DNA from: Lingula anatina | Lineage: Eukaryota > Animalia > Brachiopoda | DNA length: 64,000 nt | Direction of reading: 5' to 3' | Assembly (NCBI GenBank): GCA_051362555.1 | Contig: JBPQGU010000016.1 | Coordinates: forward strand, 3,906,001-3,970,000 | Shown: positions 12,350 to 23,833 of the stretch, piece by piece | How positions within the stretch are numbered: position 1 is the first letter of the stretch | Layout of the letters: every line of letters begins with the position of its first letter | Notes under the pieces: model-generated | Seen by the model: the letters and a program-made list of their open reading frames with translations, nothing else | What the model was told of the DNA's origin: nothing | Databases searched by the model: none | Made by a program: the position numbers and the translations under genes

Positions 12350-12725
12350 GGCTCACCGTCGCAGTCCAAAGATTAAAAGAAGAAAACGATGCAGTGCAGT
12401 ACTAACTGACACACCTGAAAATGAGCTACTCGAAAAAGAAAAGGCCAAGCCCAACAAAATTAAAAAGGACAAGCGCAACAAAAATAAAAAACAGTTAAAG
12501 ATTTCTAGTCGATAGAGAAAATCAAGAAAAAGGAAATTAAAGATGACCAGCGATTCTGTGTCAGAAGAAGAGTGGCCATGTCTGGTTTGTGGGGAGCCGT
12601 TCATTAACAGCCGACCAAAAGAGCAATGGGTTAAATGCATTGTTTGTCTAAAGTGGTCACATGAAGACTGCACAAAGGTTGACCAAGTGTACATGTATAT
12701 GTCAGAACTGCGATTTTGATTCTGA
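12350..12725 (+). pseudogene. Pogo-type transposase C-terminal basic region plus PHD finger relic
   Basis: KRRKRCSAVLTDTPENELLEKEK, then WPCLVCGEPFINSRPKEQWVKCIVCLKWSHEDC...CQNCD (C4HC3), with a stop before and a frameshift within the finger. Confidence 0.85.
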
Positions 12726-13559
12726 GTTGTTGAGTTGAAAGAAATACAGTTTTCATTTGTAGGTCTAACATACTGTTGTTAATAGGTTGAGATATATGAG
12801 TTCAATTTCTTTTCTCTTAAACTACACCACTTTTCTTATCATTATGAAATGAAGTGTAACTGGATATGGTTTATACATCGAAAAGACTATTTGAAAGCAA
12901 ATTGTAAACGTAAAAAATGCTTACAAACTATGGAGATACGAATGCAAAGTAACACTTACTTGTTGGGAAATTAATATAGATAATCCTACTCTTAAAATGA
13001 ATTATACTTTGAATTTATATGCAAGCGTTCCAACTCGCCCTCTTGCTCCAACTCACCCCACTGCCTGTTCCAACTGACCCCGCGGGTGGGATGAGATGGA
13101 ACGTTTTAGGAGGCAACTTTGAGCATTTATAACTCTAAAATAAAAAGACCTACTTGATGTTTTATTTCATAGATGAGTGCGGCATATAATTTTCCCCTAT
13201 CAGATTTTTTATTTTTGTCCCCAAAGCTTTGACTGCTGAGATATCGCAAAAAAGGTGAAAACTGTTCCAACCAACCCCGCTCTCCCCTATTTTTACTCTA
13301 GATTTTAGAATTCAGGAACAGTGAATGGGACACGCGTCATTTACGGATCTATCCTGGTCCTCAGATCAAATTCAGTCTCTTATTTCTACCAATGAGTTAC
13401 AACAGACTCCTTGTTTCTATATTGTTTCCGACAGACTGTTCTGGTCCTTCGCCTGTAAATATCCATCATGACGTAATCAAATGTGGCACCGAAACGTGCC
13501 CTTGGCTGACTCTGTTATGGTCTCAAAATTTTTGAAGCTTTAAGCTTTTAGATGCTACC

Positions 13560-13720
13560 TAGTTTCTTATTGAAAAGTCGAGATATAGAGGTGGCAATTG
13601 GCTTTTGATAAATCGGGTTAAATCGTATTTATGCCCAGTAAAAGTTCTTGAAAATATTTAGATTTCATTGGTAGGCCTCGATCCTAGCTACAGCTTTTCA
13701 AATTTACATGGCCTATTTTA
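13560..13720 (+). pseudogene. Tyrosine recombinase fragment of the first DIRS-like element
   Basis: IEKS-RYRGGNWLLINRVKSYLCPVKVLEKYLD, matching the SKTDQYREG...CPV..L..YL motif of DIRS-type YRs. Confidence 0.75.
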
Positions 13721-13912
13721 AATATAATATCGTTGAGTTACAATGACAGTTATGTATGAAAATTGTATAACGACGAGGGGGAGTATCGGTGCGCGTACAA
13801 CAGTAATTTATGAATACATTTTACAGTATTATGGAATATACATGTATATTAGCGCCCGTGGTCTTATTGATCAATTAATGTGTGAATGAATAAGTCAAAT
13901 CCACATGTACAT

Positions 13913-14186
13913 CTGGGGCGGATCCAGAATTTTTTGGAAGGGCGGTGGTGTTTTTTTTACGGATTGACAAGGCCTCGGAGTGCAAGGCCGACCCTCACCC
14001 CTTTGGAGTTATGTTTGGGGCACGCTCGAGGGCCACGAAAAAGGGTGTTTTAGAGGGAAAATATCTCCATTTGATACGGTTTATAACTATTATTCAGCTA
14101 TAGATTTTGGGTGTAATTTTTTTATCAGAAATCGAAGGGAGGAGGGGGTCTGGATCCCCCCTGACACCCCCTCTTTATCCGCCATG
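13913..14186. mobile_element. 274-bp MITE, (C)TGGGGCGGATCC...ATCCGCCATG termini, 5-bp TSD (tacat)
   Basis: Inverted termini; tacat at 13908-13912 and 14187-14191. Confidence 0.8.
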
Positions 14187-15845
14187 TACATGTATTAGAC
14201 CGTGAACATTCGTGAACAGTTTCAACCACAGTCCCTCGCCTGAAATGAGCCATGCCTGTCTGTAATTTGCATAACAATTACTTGCTCATCGTAGTGCGAG
14301 CTGTATTTCCGAATGCTCAGTAGGCAGTAGGACACAGCTAGGTGAAGACGCAATGTTCAACGTGCGGGTGCAGTCGCAACGCAGTCTATGAGGCGTAGAA
14401 GCAAATGCATGTTTCGTAAGTAGCACTTTTTCTTCAGTATCGTATGTCAGTTGATAGAAAGAGAGTAGAAAAATGCAAAGAAATTTGCGACGAGTATTTA
14501 CGGGTATGTTACTACTCTTTGTTGTCGCTGTCGCCTGTCGTTTCTGTTATGCCACTCAAAATATTATTTAGCAAATTAGTAAATGGGCATATTACCACAA
14601 AGATCACGGACATATTTACATGATGGTACCGTACTTGTCACAGTTCCGAGCTTTTGATCCTAAGACAATGAACGATAGTCAGTTTTAGTAGGTTTGTTAA
14701 TTTCATTATACATGTACCTGTAAAATGCTTGTAAGCAGTGTTGAAACACGGGGAAATGATTTATTCTAAAGCGAAATATGGTTCCCAAACGCGTGATGCA
14801 AAGCGATTTTAGATATTACAACTTTATATAGTAGGTAAAATAAATAAATAGTGATAACCTACACAAACTAGAGGAGTGTTTTCAATATTTTTTTTTTTTC
14901 AAAGCAAGATATCTGAAATATCTTTATTACTAACTTCAGGTCTTAAATGTGGCGTTAGGCAACATAGAATCGATTGCTTTTTTGGGGTGCTATCTGAGCC
15001 TGAACTATGGACAAGTCAGATATTGTTAACATTACCTTCTTATTTCAGAAGTCCACTGAGATACTGAGAACTGCACGGCACCTGGCTGCTAGCAACCAAG
15101 CCTGTCATTCACCCTCTGGAACCCTACGCACATCCATGCATCTTTTGTTTTAAAATTGAATAAATACGTTTGTCATTCCTTGTGTTCTTATTCACTTCCA
15201 TATGAAATGATGATAAAATATTAATAATAATAATAATAATAATAGAGGGTTAGGGGTAAAATTGTAAAGATATTATTGTTTGAGCACTTTCAAATTAAAT
15301 CTGCTAAAACTGATCTGTAAGCATTGTGTTTGGGATTGATGATTTCTCCAGTAACAGAGGATGTCGTAAATCGAAAGGATTAAAAGTTTTGTTAATATGC
15401 CCAGTATTTTGTAAATAATTGAGAGCATTTTAAGAATACATCTACAGGATTTCCAACAGCCCACATTTATAAATGCAATTTGTATGAATTTACGATATTG
15501 CTTTTTTAAAAATCTGTCCTACATTTTTTATAGTGAGACGGGTTTTTTAATATCTATTTATAAATTAGTTCATCCTCCCAGATAAAATTTTCTTAATTTA
15601 ATATAAGTCCATATTCTAAGGGTTTTGGTTTGCTAGAGAAAATTGTTTCAAATTTCACGACCTTCTCATCAAACGAACGCTTCAATTTTAAATTAAAACG
15701 GAAATATAAGAGATCTTGACACACTTTTGAAATGGGAACAATGAAATTTGCTCCTCCACCCAAAACTTAGAACTGCATATTCTGATATGTTTGAAAATGT
15801 CTCATTTAAATCATAATTAAAATAAATTGATCCTTTTATATAAAG

Positions 15846-16340
15846 AAATGGACTCGCCCCACCTGTCACCCCTCAAATCGAATGGACTTGTCCCACCTGT
15901 CACCCCTCAGATGAAATGGACTCGCCCCACCTGTCACCCCTCAAATCGAATGGACTCGTCCCACCTGTCACCCCTCAAATGGAATGGACTCACCCCACCT
16001 GTCACCCCTCAAATCGAATGGACTCGCCCCACCTGTCACCCCTCAAATGGAATGGACTCGTCCCACCTGTCACCCCTCAGATGGAATGGACTCGCCCCAC
16101 CTGTCACCCCTCAGATGAAATGGACTCGCCCCACCTGTCACCCCTAAGATGAAATGGACTCGCCCCACCTGTCACCCCTAAGATGAAATGGACTCGCCCC
16201 ACCTGTCACCCCTCAGATGAAATGGACTCGCCCCACCTGTCGCCCCTAAGATGAAATGGACTCGCCCCACCTGTCACCCCTCAAATGGAATGGACTCGTC
16301 CCACCTGTCACCCCTCAAATCGAATGGACTCGACCCACTT
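15846..16340. repeat. 34-bp minisatellite, ~14.5 copies (aatggactcgccccacctgtcacccctcaaatcg and variants)
   Basis: atggact recurs at an exact 34-bp period from 15848 to 16324. Confidence 0.97.
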
Positions 16341-16669
16341 GAAAACTTTCAATGCAGGTCAGTGGTGGGTGGAAGGGTATCACGTGATTTTCGGGAGCCA
16401 ATGAAATAAGCAGGAATTTTACACTCCGTTATAGGTAAACAAAATGGCACGTTCGACGCACCAGGAGGATTGTTTATTTAGGAGGCATGCACATAAATTT
16501 GGTGGGTATTTTAAAAGCATTTTACTATTTACAACGATCAGTACCATCTCAACTTAACTCATGTGAAGTGATTTTCAAGTGTTTGGTCTGTTTATGTTTT
16601 TATGACAATTTAAATTAGGCATAGCTTCATATGTAGTTTGACAATTGTAAACTGAAGTTTTCACACCAC

Positions 16670-17215
16670 AAGCCTTCTTTCAAGTGAAATATCTCGAAAA
16701 GCACTGGGACGATTTTTTTCCAACTTTTCAGTAATGTTGCTCATTTATTTGTTGACAAAAAGTGCCGATGGCACCCGATGGCACCCCTGGATCTTTGGAG
16801 TTATAGACGGTATAATCCTTCATACCCAATTACGACCATTTTTGTAGGAATGCGTCTTTATAATGTTAAACTCCCTCATTAAAAAGCATATATCTGAAAA
16901 AGTAAACGGTAGATTTTTTCCAAATCTTAATCTGACGTTTTTCGTGTACCTTTTTACATAATATGTAGCCTGCAACTGACAGCACCCCTGGGTCTTGGGA
17001 TATATAGACAATGCAGTGCCATGGCAAATTACGGCCATTTTTGTTTGAGTGAATTTTGGATCACGCAGACCCCGTCTTTCAAATCAAATATCTGAAAAAG
17101 CAATCGGACAATTATTTTCAAAATTGTCAGAAATGTTGCTTAGATATTGGTTAGCAAAAAGAGCCTATGGCACCCAATGGCACCCCAGGATCTTGAGAAT
17201 TATAGGCTGTATATA
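16670..17215. repeat. Three diverged ~200-bp tandem units inside the 2.9-kb element
   Basis: atatct(c)gaaaa....gcacccc(t/a)gg(a/g)tctt..tatag recurs at ~16690, ~16890 and ~17090. Units 1 and 3 share atggcacc(c)..tggcacccc. Confidence 0.75.
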
Positions 17216-18672
17216 GTGCATGCCAAAGTACTGTTTTGGTTATCCCACGGCCAGCATTTATAACAACAGCATAATTGCACTTGTATATCACTTACATGCT
17301 TGTCTGTATTTTAAAGCATAATGTGCAATCTGATCACTATACAAGCACATTCCTACAACTGTTGAAGGGCTAGTCATGGTATTAGTCAGTTACAACTACT
17401 TGTCATTCACTGTGTATGATGTACAAGAGCCTATTATATCTCAACTGTAGCTCCATATAATAGCACTCTTTTATGCCACATACAGTAATTGGCTCAAGTA
17501 CATATCAAATAAACATTTTTTTTTAAATACTGATGATAGTCTCATATCTTTTTCAGCATGGACTACAATTTTTATTTTTGAAATGCTGTGCACTATAAAG
17601 GTGAGAAGTAATTCATCGGAATGCCATAGTTGTAAACTTGTGACTTATGTTTCCATTGCTCATCTATTTCGTTAACATTGACAAAAACATGTTCTGTGTT
17701 TGTTTTGCCTAAACTTTCATTTTAATCTTACTATCATAAAAATTGAAATCATATTTAAGTATAATGGTAACAGGTTACCTAAAAAGTTGAAGCCTTATCC
17801 AGTTAAATAATAATAATATCAAATATAAAACATTTACTGCTTTTTAATTTCAGGGAATGGAAACAGCTTTTAACCTCATAATAGGATACCGCCTATGGAT
17901 TGTAGCTGAAATTAGAGACTTGAGATAACAGGAATGATGTTTGTTATTTCCAAAATCTGTGCCTTCATGGAGTGTGACATTGTAATAAACATGATTGCTT
18001 TTTAATTACTCAGTCATCAAATGTTAAATTAGTAGTTTGTCACAATATCAAATATTGTATTATCTGCATAGAGAATTCCCCTCATCTTTTGTAAGTTAAG
18101 TTTTGATTAATTAAGTAAAGTGAGTAGTAAGTCTCATGAACTTGGAGAAAATTAAATACTGCAGATCTTGAAAAAACTTCGTTTATTGTGATTTCTGTCA
18201 GGTATGAGGATTTGTAAATGTTGATAATACATTACATTTTCTGTCTCTTATTATATGCATTTACCATGATTTCTCACTCTGAGTAATGTTCGCATCTGGC
18301 AAACTAACTTGAAATTCAAGGCATATTTTATAGTTTTAAAAAAGTGATATTAAAATCTGACCAATACGAATTTAAAGTAATCTGAATTCTATCAGGATTT
18401 CAGTCTTGCCTGTGCTATGTATGTATTTGTAGGTTGTCACCCTTTTAAATCATTTAAAAAGTATTATTATATTATTTCAATATTTTGTGAATATTTAAAT
18501 GAGTTATAAAATTTATAAGAAAAATGTAAGAAATAAAATATACTGTTAATTATGTTTTTATGAAATATGTGAAATAAAAAGTTTATAATCATATCAAAGT
18601 TCTTCCATTTGTTTATGATAATTTTGTCATTTTACATTTTCTTTGCCTTAAACTTTGGTCAAGCTTACTTTC

Positions 18673-18673
<1 letters not shown>

Positions 18674-18718
<45 letters not shown>
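18674..18718. repeat. Poly(A) tract, 45 nt
   Basis: Uninterrupted A run. Confidence 0.95.
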
Positions 18719-18720
<2 letters not shown>

Positions 18721-20078
18721 TTGTCACATGCCCTTTCTTATAGTTATCTGAATTATCAACTTGTCATAATTTACTATTTTAATTTCTAGAGTTAATTATT
18801 ATTCTTATTCAAACAAGAAATTATCAATTATACACAGAAAAATTAAAGTCAATAACAAATCAACACTGCCAGCAAATTTTACTCTGCCCAAGCTACAGTC
18901 ACTATATATAGGATAGTAGGCCTACACACTGACAGAGATGTGATACCTATGCCACGGTGACATTTTACAACTCTACTCGTCGGTTTGTTGATCATAAATT
19001 GCACATTTTTTCAAGTGTTTCATTATTAGTTTGTAGCATCCATATTTATATTTATATACATTTATACATAATGAAACAAAGTCGGCGTAACGTTACGCAA
19101 ATGCCCCAATAAACAATGCATCGCACACAGTTGCGCCAACGCTTTACTGGACGAAGACGCAGGAAGACGTCGCCGGGAGCTCACTTTCGATGTTCACTCT
19201 TCGACGGCAAAACGTCAAATGACTGACGTGCGTGCGCATCTTTTGACGTATCACGTGATACCCTTCCAACCACCACTGAATGCAGGTCGTCTTCTTACAG
19301 GGTCTAGCTATCCAGTGACCAACCAGGAGCATAGCTTGCACTGCGATGCGCGACTTTTTCTTATGCAAATTACAACTGGTACAGTGCATGGCACATTTGA
19401 GGAGTTGCTGTGGAAATTGGTCTCAAAGAACGGCGAAATTATGGAAATTATTTTACTATTGTGACAAGGCTATTACCCGCGTAGACCTATTTGTCACCAT
19501 ACATAATATTTTTCTAGGACAACTAGTTTATATTAAATCAAAAACTAAAAATAGCAATGAAGATAGGTATAACAAGTAAATGATGATGCTCATACATTCG
19601 GGGAGTAGCTTTGCGTAGGATGAAATATATTGTATTGTACGCCCCCCTGGCTGTCGATTGTAAGTAATAGACATAAACTGGCCCGCTCGAAGATTCTGCG
19701 GGTCCGTGGTCAAAGTTAAATAAAAATAACCATGATTAAGGGAAGTTATTGAAGTTATCAATTTAAGATTTTAGAGATACTAATAAATTTACCTTTTTTA
19801 ACACTGGTCGTATTCACAAAAGATCGTAAACATTACAGAGAGAAGGAAAAGTACCCAAGAGAAGGGAGGTGGGGGGGGGGTGTGAAGGAGCGCAATGTGA
19901 AACAAATTAATATTATGTTCTTATTTATCTATTCAATTTCATAAATAATTTGTAAACTCTTCACTCTTGATTCAAATAAATAAAAAGCAACAATTAAAAC
20001 TTGTAGTACTTGCCACAGAAGCCAAACTGAAGTAAAACATTTGAAATAGCATAAAAAGAGGAAGACAAGTAAAAAAAA

Positions 20079-20700
20079 TTAAATTCTCAAATTTTTAGAA
20101 ACTAATAATCTTTCTTCGACAGTATCCTTAACATAACCGTCTTTTGTGTTTTCAGATCGCCATCTACCGTGTTTCTTAAACAGTCTGTCTTTAGTCCCTG
20201 CATTAGAATCCAGCATATGAAATCAAACAAACGGAAAGTACTCGGAGATCCTTCAAAGTGACTTCAGAACTCATAAAATTAGTAACCAATTTAGAAATGT
20301 GCTTAGCAGTTACAGGTTCCTTTTTTGTTACTCTATGATCTTTCCGTCTCTGAGATGCTTCCTTCACTGCAATAACGAATTTTGACTCGCAATTTCGGAT
20401 TTTTCTTACAGTTGGCTGTACCATGAAACCATTTTAAAGTGTAAAAAGATGTCTAAACCGCAGCAGAATAATTACAAGTTTGTGACAAATTTTGAAGATA
20501 AAAAGCAACAATCGAGTCTTTCGCTGTAAAGAAAGAGGTCACACCGATCGTATTACACCGTTCAAGCCATTTTTGGAAGCCGTAAGAATATTTTCTCACT
20601 GTGTTGTCTGCTCTTGACTTCAAAATGACATCTGGTAATGAATCTGCTAAAGCCTTCAAACTTTTATTGCTTGTAACCTTCACGTCTTGGAGGATAGCAT
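20079..20700 (-). pseudogene. Tyrosine recombinase relic with central deletion
   Basis: KSRADNTVRKYSYGFQKW...VAFYLQ; KKEPVT...DLRVLSVCLISYAGF joined directly to NAGTKDRLFKKHGRWRSENTKDGYVKDTVEERLLVSKNLRI*. Confidence 0.9.
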
Positions 20701-20911
20701 TATCAAGAAAACATGAAAAAGGAAAAAAAGAAAATTTTTGAAAACAAAACTCTAGCAATCGTTCCCATAATCTCTGTTCATTCTGGACAATAATCATGTC
20801 CATGTTAACTGTTATTGATCAATAATTGTGATCCTAATGGCCATTTCTTCCATTCCTTCCTTCAATGTTGCAGAACTCCATTACAGCATGTTGTATCGAT
20901 AACCCATTGGT

Positions 20912-21070
20912 AACTAGAGCGCAGACCTCCGCCAAGGCAGCGATTTTTTATTATTATTGATTTTTGATTGATTATTGATCCGGATCACCACCAAAAAATA
21001 ATCATCTCTTCCTTGGCCCACTTCGTGCAGTTCCTGAAAAATTCATCAAAATCGGTCTAAGAAATACATA
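20912..21070. mobile_element. Short interspersed repeat fragment inserted in the DIRS relic (family uncertain)
   Basis: aactagagcgcagacctccgccaagg...gatccggatcaccaccaaaa...aaattcatcaaaatcgg resembles short non-autonomous repeats common in aquatic animals. No TSD established. Confidence 0.4.
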
Positions 21071-21329
21071 AACAAAGCCATCTCCATTATATCAATGATC
21101 CAGTGATCGTCTGTTTATCTCTCCTTCGAAGAAAGTGAGTTTTAAATTCTATAAACAGATGACCAATTATTCATCTACTTTAAATCCCTTTAAATATGAA
21201 AAACTTATTCGTATTTAAAACAAATGGTCCCAAACCGGGTTTTCTGGCATCTGAATAGACCGTTTTTAACTTACTAGGCAAGCTTTGTACACGTAGACTT
21301 TTCTCATTTAAAAAAAAAAAAAAGAAAAC

Positions 21330-21875
21330 TAAATTGTCTTTCCAAAAATTAATTCTTTAATGCAAGACATTCGTCTTTAATATTAATATTAAAATCCCAA
21401 TGCTTCCTCTAGTTATTTATCTAGATACATTTCCAATCAATGGAGACATAATAATAAAACAGAAATAATTTTACCTGTAACCCTGGCCAATTTTATAGCT
21501 GTTATATACGGTAAATCTGAAACCAATTCGTCTAAAAGACACAGAGCATTACTAGTACATGTAGAAAGCCTTCTTTCGGGAATAAACAATCCCCTTACTT
21601 CCATGTCCCAAATAATCCCCAACCATTCCAATTTGTTGACTGGTTCTAATTTACTTTTTTCAGCGTTTAAAACAAAATCTGCTTTAAACAGATCCATTTT
21701 AATTTTTTAGAATGTAGTTTTAAATGTAATATATTTTTCTAGGGAATTTTCAGACACAATACCGTCATCTAAATAAACAACAATGGGGATTCCATTTTTC
21801 TCCAATACCCAACTAAACGTCTAAGTATTTTAGTAAAAATAAACGGTGCTGAAGAAAGGCCAAACGAAAGTACCA
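21330..21875 (-). pseudogene. DIRS-type reverse transcriptase relic
   Basis: VLSFGLSSAPFIFTKILRRLVGYWR, GIPIVVYLDDG, DLFKADFVLNAEKSKLEPVNKLEWLGIIWD, LARVTGKIIS. Confidence 0.9.
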
Positions 21876-21994
21876 AAAAAAAAAAAAAAAAAAAAAAAAT
21901 TCTTTCCGTTGATTTAAAAAAGTTTGAGATGCCGGAGCAATATCTAAATGGTGAATAAATAAATAAACACAACACTTAACTGCAGAATTATCTC

Positions 21995-22705
21995 AACAAA
22001 TATTATCTGTGGTCTTGCTCACATTCCCAAAAGTGAGAGTGTAATATGCCTTTGGTCCATGCAACCAGATCTCTTGTCCTCCTTGTCTGTTCAGCCTAAA
22101 ATATAAAATTGCAAGACAGCTATTTAATTCTTAATGCATAACTCTATTAAAAAGGAAAATGTCCATGATGGAAAAAAACTCATTTATTTTTTCTACCTGA
22201 AGATATGGAAAATGGTGCAATAGTTTGTGTTGTTCTCATGCATATCTACTCACAGTGATTTTTGCCCCATGCCAAATGTCCCACGAATGTTTTATCCCGA
22301 TTCATTTTTTTTTTTCTGAAATAAGAAAAATTTAGCTAAATATATATAGAGAGATATAACAAAAAAATAGCAAGAATTGCAACTAAATAATCACATACAT
22401 GTAGATACATTTCACATACTAAATTTGCTTTCTAATTATTATAGTAAGACCTAAACAGCACTTTGTACTTAAGTGTGCAACAAGGGCATCTTTGACCACT
22501 TCTGTTGCACTGATTCCTTTTTTTTTTTTTCAGGAAATCCATAGCCCTGACAAACCCTTCCTTCTCCATTACAGAGCTACTCAGCTTGGTTTCTTTCTTC
22601 CTTACAACTTCTGCTTCCAACACATCCCCTGTTTCATAGTCAACAATAATGCTCGCGCAATATTGTGCACTATGTTCTGGGCTGTCCATTCTGCCATCAA
22701 CTATG
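21995..22705 (-). pseudogene. Intron-containing DDE transposase relic, probably Kolobok-type
   Basis: Three exon-like pieces, each after an AG acceptor: DGRMDSPEHSAQYC..KKET..SSVMEKEGFVRAMDFL..VVKDA (22705-22470), IKHSWDIWHGAK (~22315-22260), AEQ..RDLVAWTKGI..HFW (~22097-22020). Superfamily assigned from remembered motif similarity. Confidence 0.72.
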
Positions 22706-22911
22706 AATAAATGGGATATATCGAAACACGGACATCATAAATATGTGGTGCGACAATTCCTAAAACAACACTTGGTGGGATTTAGGACACATTCCTATAG
22801 ACACCACAGGTCTACATTGATCGACCAGACTTGGCATGGATTTTCACTGCTATCAGCTGAATAGGTAACCCCCCCCCCTCTAAGAAATAAAATTGTTCAT
22901 GTTCCTTTTGT

Positions 22912-22913
<2 letters not shown>

Positions 22914-22983
<70 letters not shown>
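22914..22983. repeat. (TA)n microsatellite, ~35 units
   Basis: Perfect dinucleotide run. Confidence 0.98.
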
Positions 22984-22985
<2 letters not shown>

Positions 22986-23754
22986 CCAAAGGAATAGAGG
23001 GTAATAAGTCATACTCAAATTATATTTTAGGATGCCAACCCATGTTATTTTCATCTTATTCCTTCTCAAAGTGTGTCTTGCCGTTAAATGTAAAGCTCTA
23101 TGTTATTTAATGAAAGACAATATAAGTTCCATCTGTTTAGAGATGTATGTCGGTCTGCTTTATAGCAATTAAGTCCCTGCTGTGGTTTAGGCCTACTGGT
23201 CACAACCAGAACATCAGAACCACTGCTTCCATCCACCGCTTCTACTTGTGGACATGGGTACACTTGATATAGAAACAAAACACGCATTTAGTTAAAATTT
23301 TAGATTAATCCATTTAATCCATAAAGTTTAAATAACACATTTGCAATAAAGTTTTTGATTAAGTTTTTTATCAAAATTAAAATAGATTATTGTAATAATG
23401 TTATTAAAGTATGTGCCCTTTTTCAAATGCAAAGAATGCAAAGCAACCCTTATATATACATGTACCTGTATATAAATATGTTTGATAAGATCTCTTGGAG
23501 ATATTTAAGCACATTTAAAAGACACTCACTCAGAAACAGAGTTTTCAATATCGCTTAATTTGGGATCAGGAATGGACTTAGCAGTGGTCCTCACCCTCGC
23601 CTGAACAAAGAAGCTCAAACAAATCAAGAACAAATCAATATCCGAATAACGACGGTGATATGGCCCTGCTGGCGCATATTAATTTCGTGATCTGTAAACA
23701 CAGGGAATCAGCAGTTGTAAACATTCTCTTATAGTATATTTTGAACAAGCTGTC

Positions 23755-23833
23755 TGTACAGGGAGGGGGGGGGGGGCGGGGTCGGCCCGCCCCCTTAAAA
23801 TATTCCTGGATCCGCCCCTGGATCCGCCACATG
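23755..23833. mobile_element. Single end of a GGCGGATCC-type MITE with a tandemly doubled terminus
   Basis: cctggatccgcccctggatccgccacatg. No partner end found. Confidence 0.55.

Larger units (their letters stand above)
11345..13287 (+). mobile_element. 1943-bp non-autonomous pogo-like (Tc1/mariner superfamily) DNA transposon, 24-bp TIRs, TA TSD
   Basis: Left end GGGGAGAGCGGGGTGGGTTGGAAC and right end GTTCCAACCAACCCCGCTCTCCCC (1 mismatch). TA at 11343-11344 and 13288-13289. The interrupted DIRS peptide rejoins across it. Subterminal GTTGGAAC/GTTCCAAC motifs are repeated. Confidence 0.92.
8980..13890 (+). mobile_element. Decayed DIRS/Ngaro-type tyrosine-recombinase retrotransposon (gag-RT-RNaseH-YR), interrupted by a pogo-like element
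   Basis: Colinear gag, RT, RNase H, post-RNase H and YR motifs with many stops and frameshifts. Outer boundaries are approximate. Confidence 0.88.
16360..19278. mobile_element. 2919-bp non-autonomous DNA transposon, 29-bp TIRs, perfect 9-bp TSD (aatgcaggt)
   Basis: CAGTGGTGG(G/T)TGGAAGGGTATCACGTGAT inverted at both ends (1 mismatch). TSD at 16351-16359 and 19279-19287. AT-rich interior with no recognisable ORF. Confidence 0.93.
19590..21880 (-). mobile_element. Second decayed, 5'-truncated and internally deleted DIRS/Ngaro-type retrotransposon
   Basis: RT motifs followed by YR motifs on the minus strand. Boundaries are approximate. Confidence 0.88.

Noticed and set aside
15846-16340. 34-bp repeats as a CRISPR array or repeat protein
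   Set aside because: Units are head-to-tail with no unique spacers, there are no cas genes, the context is eukaryotic, and the period is not a multiple of 3.
22812-23069. ORF with YIYIYI run
   Set aside because: It is the translation of the (TA)n microsatellite.
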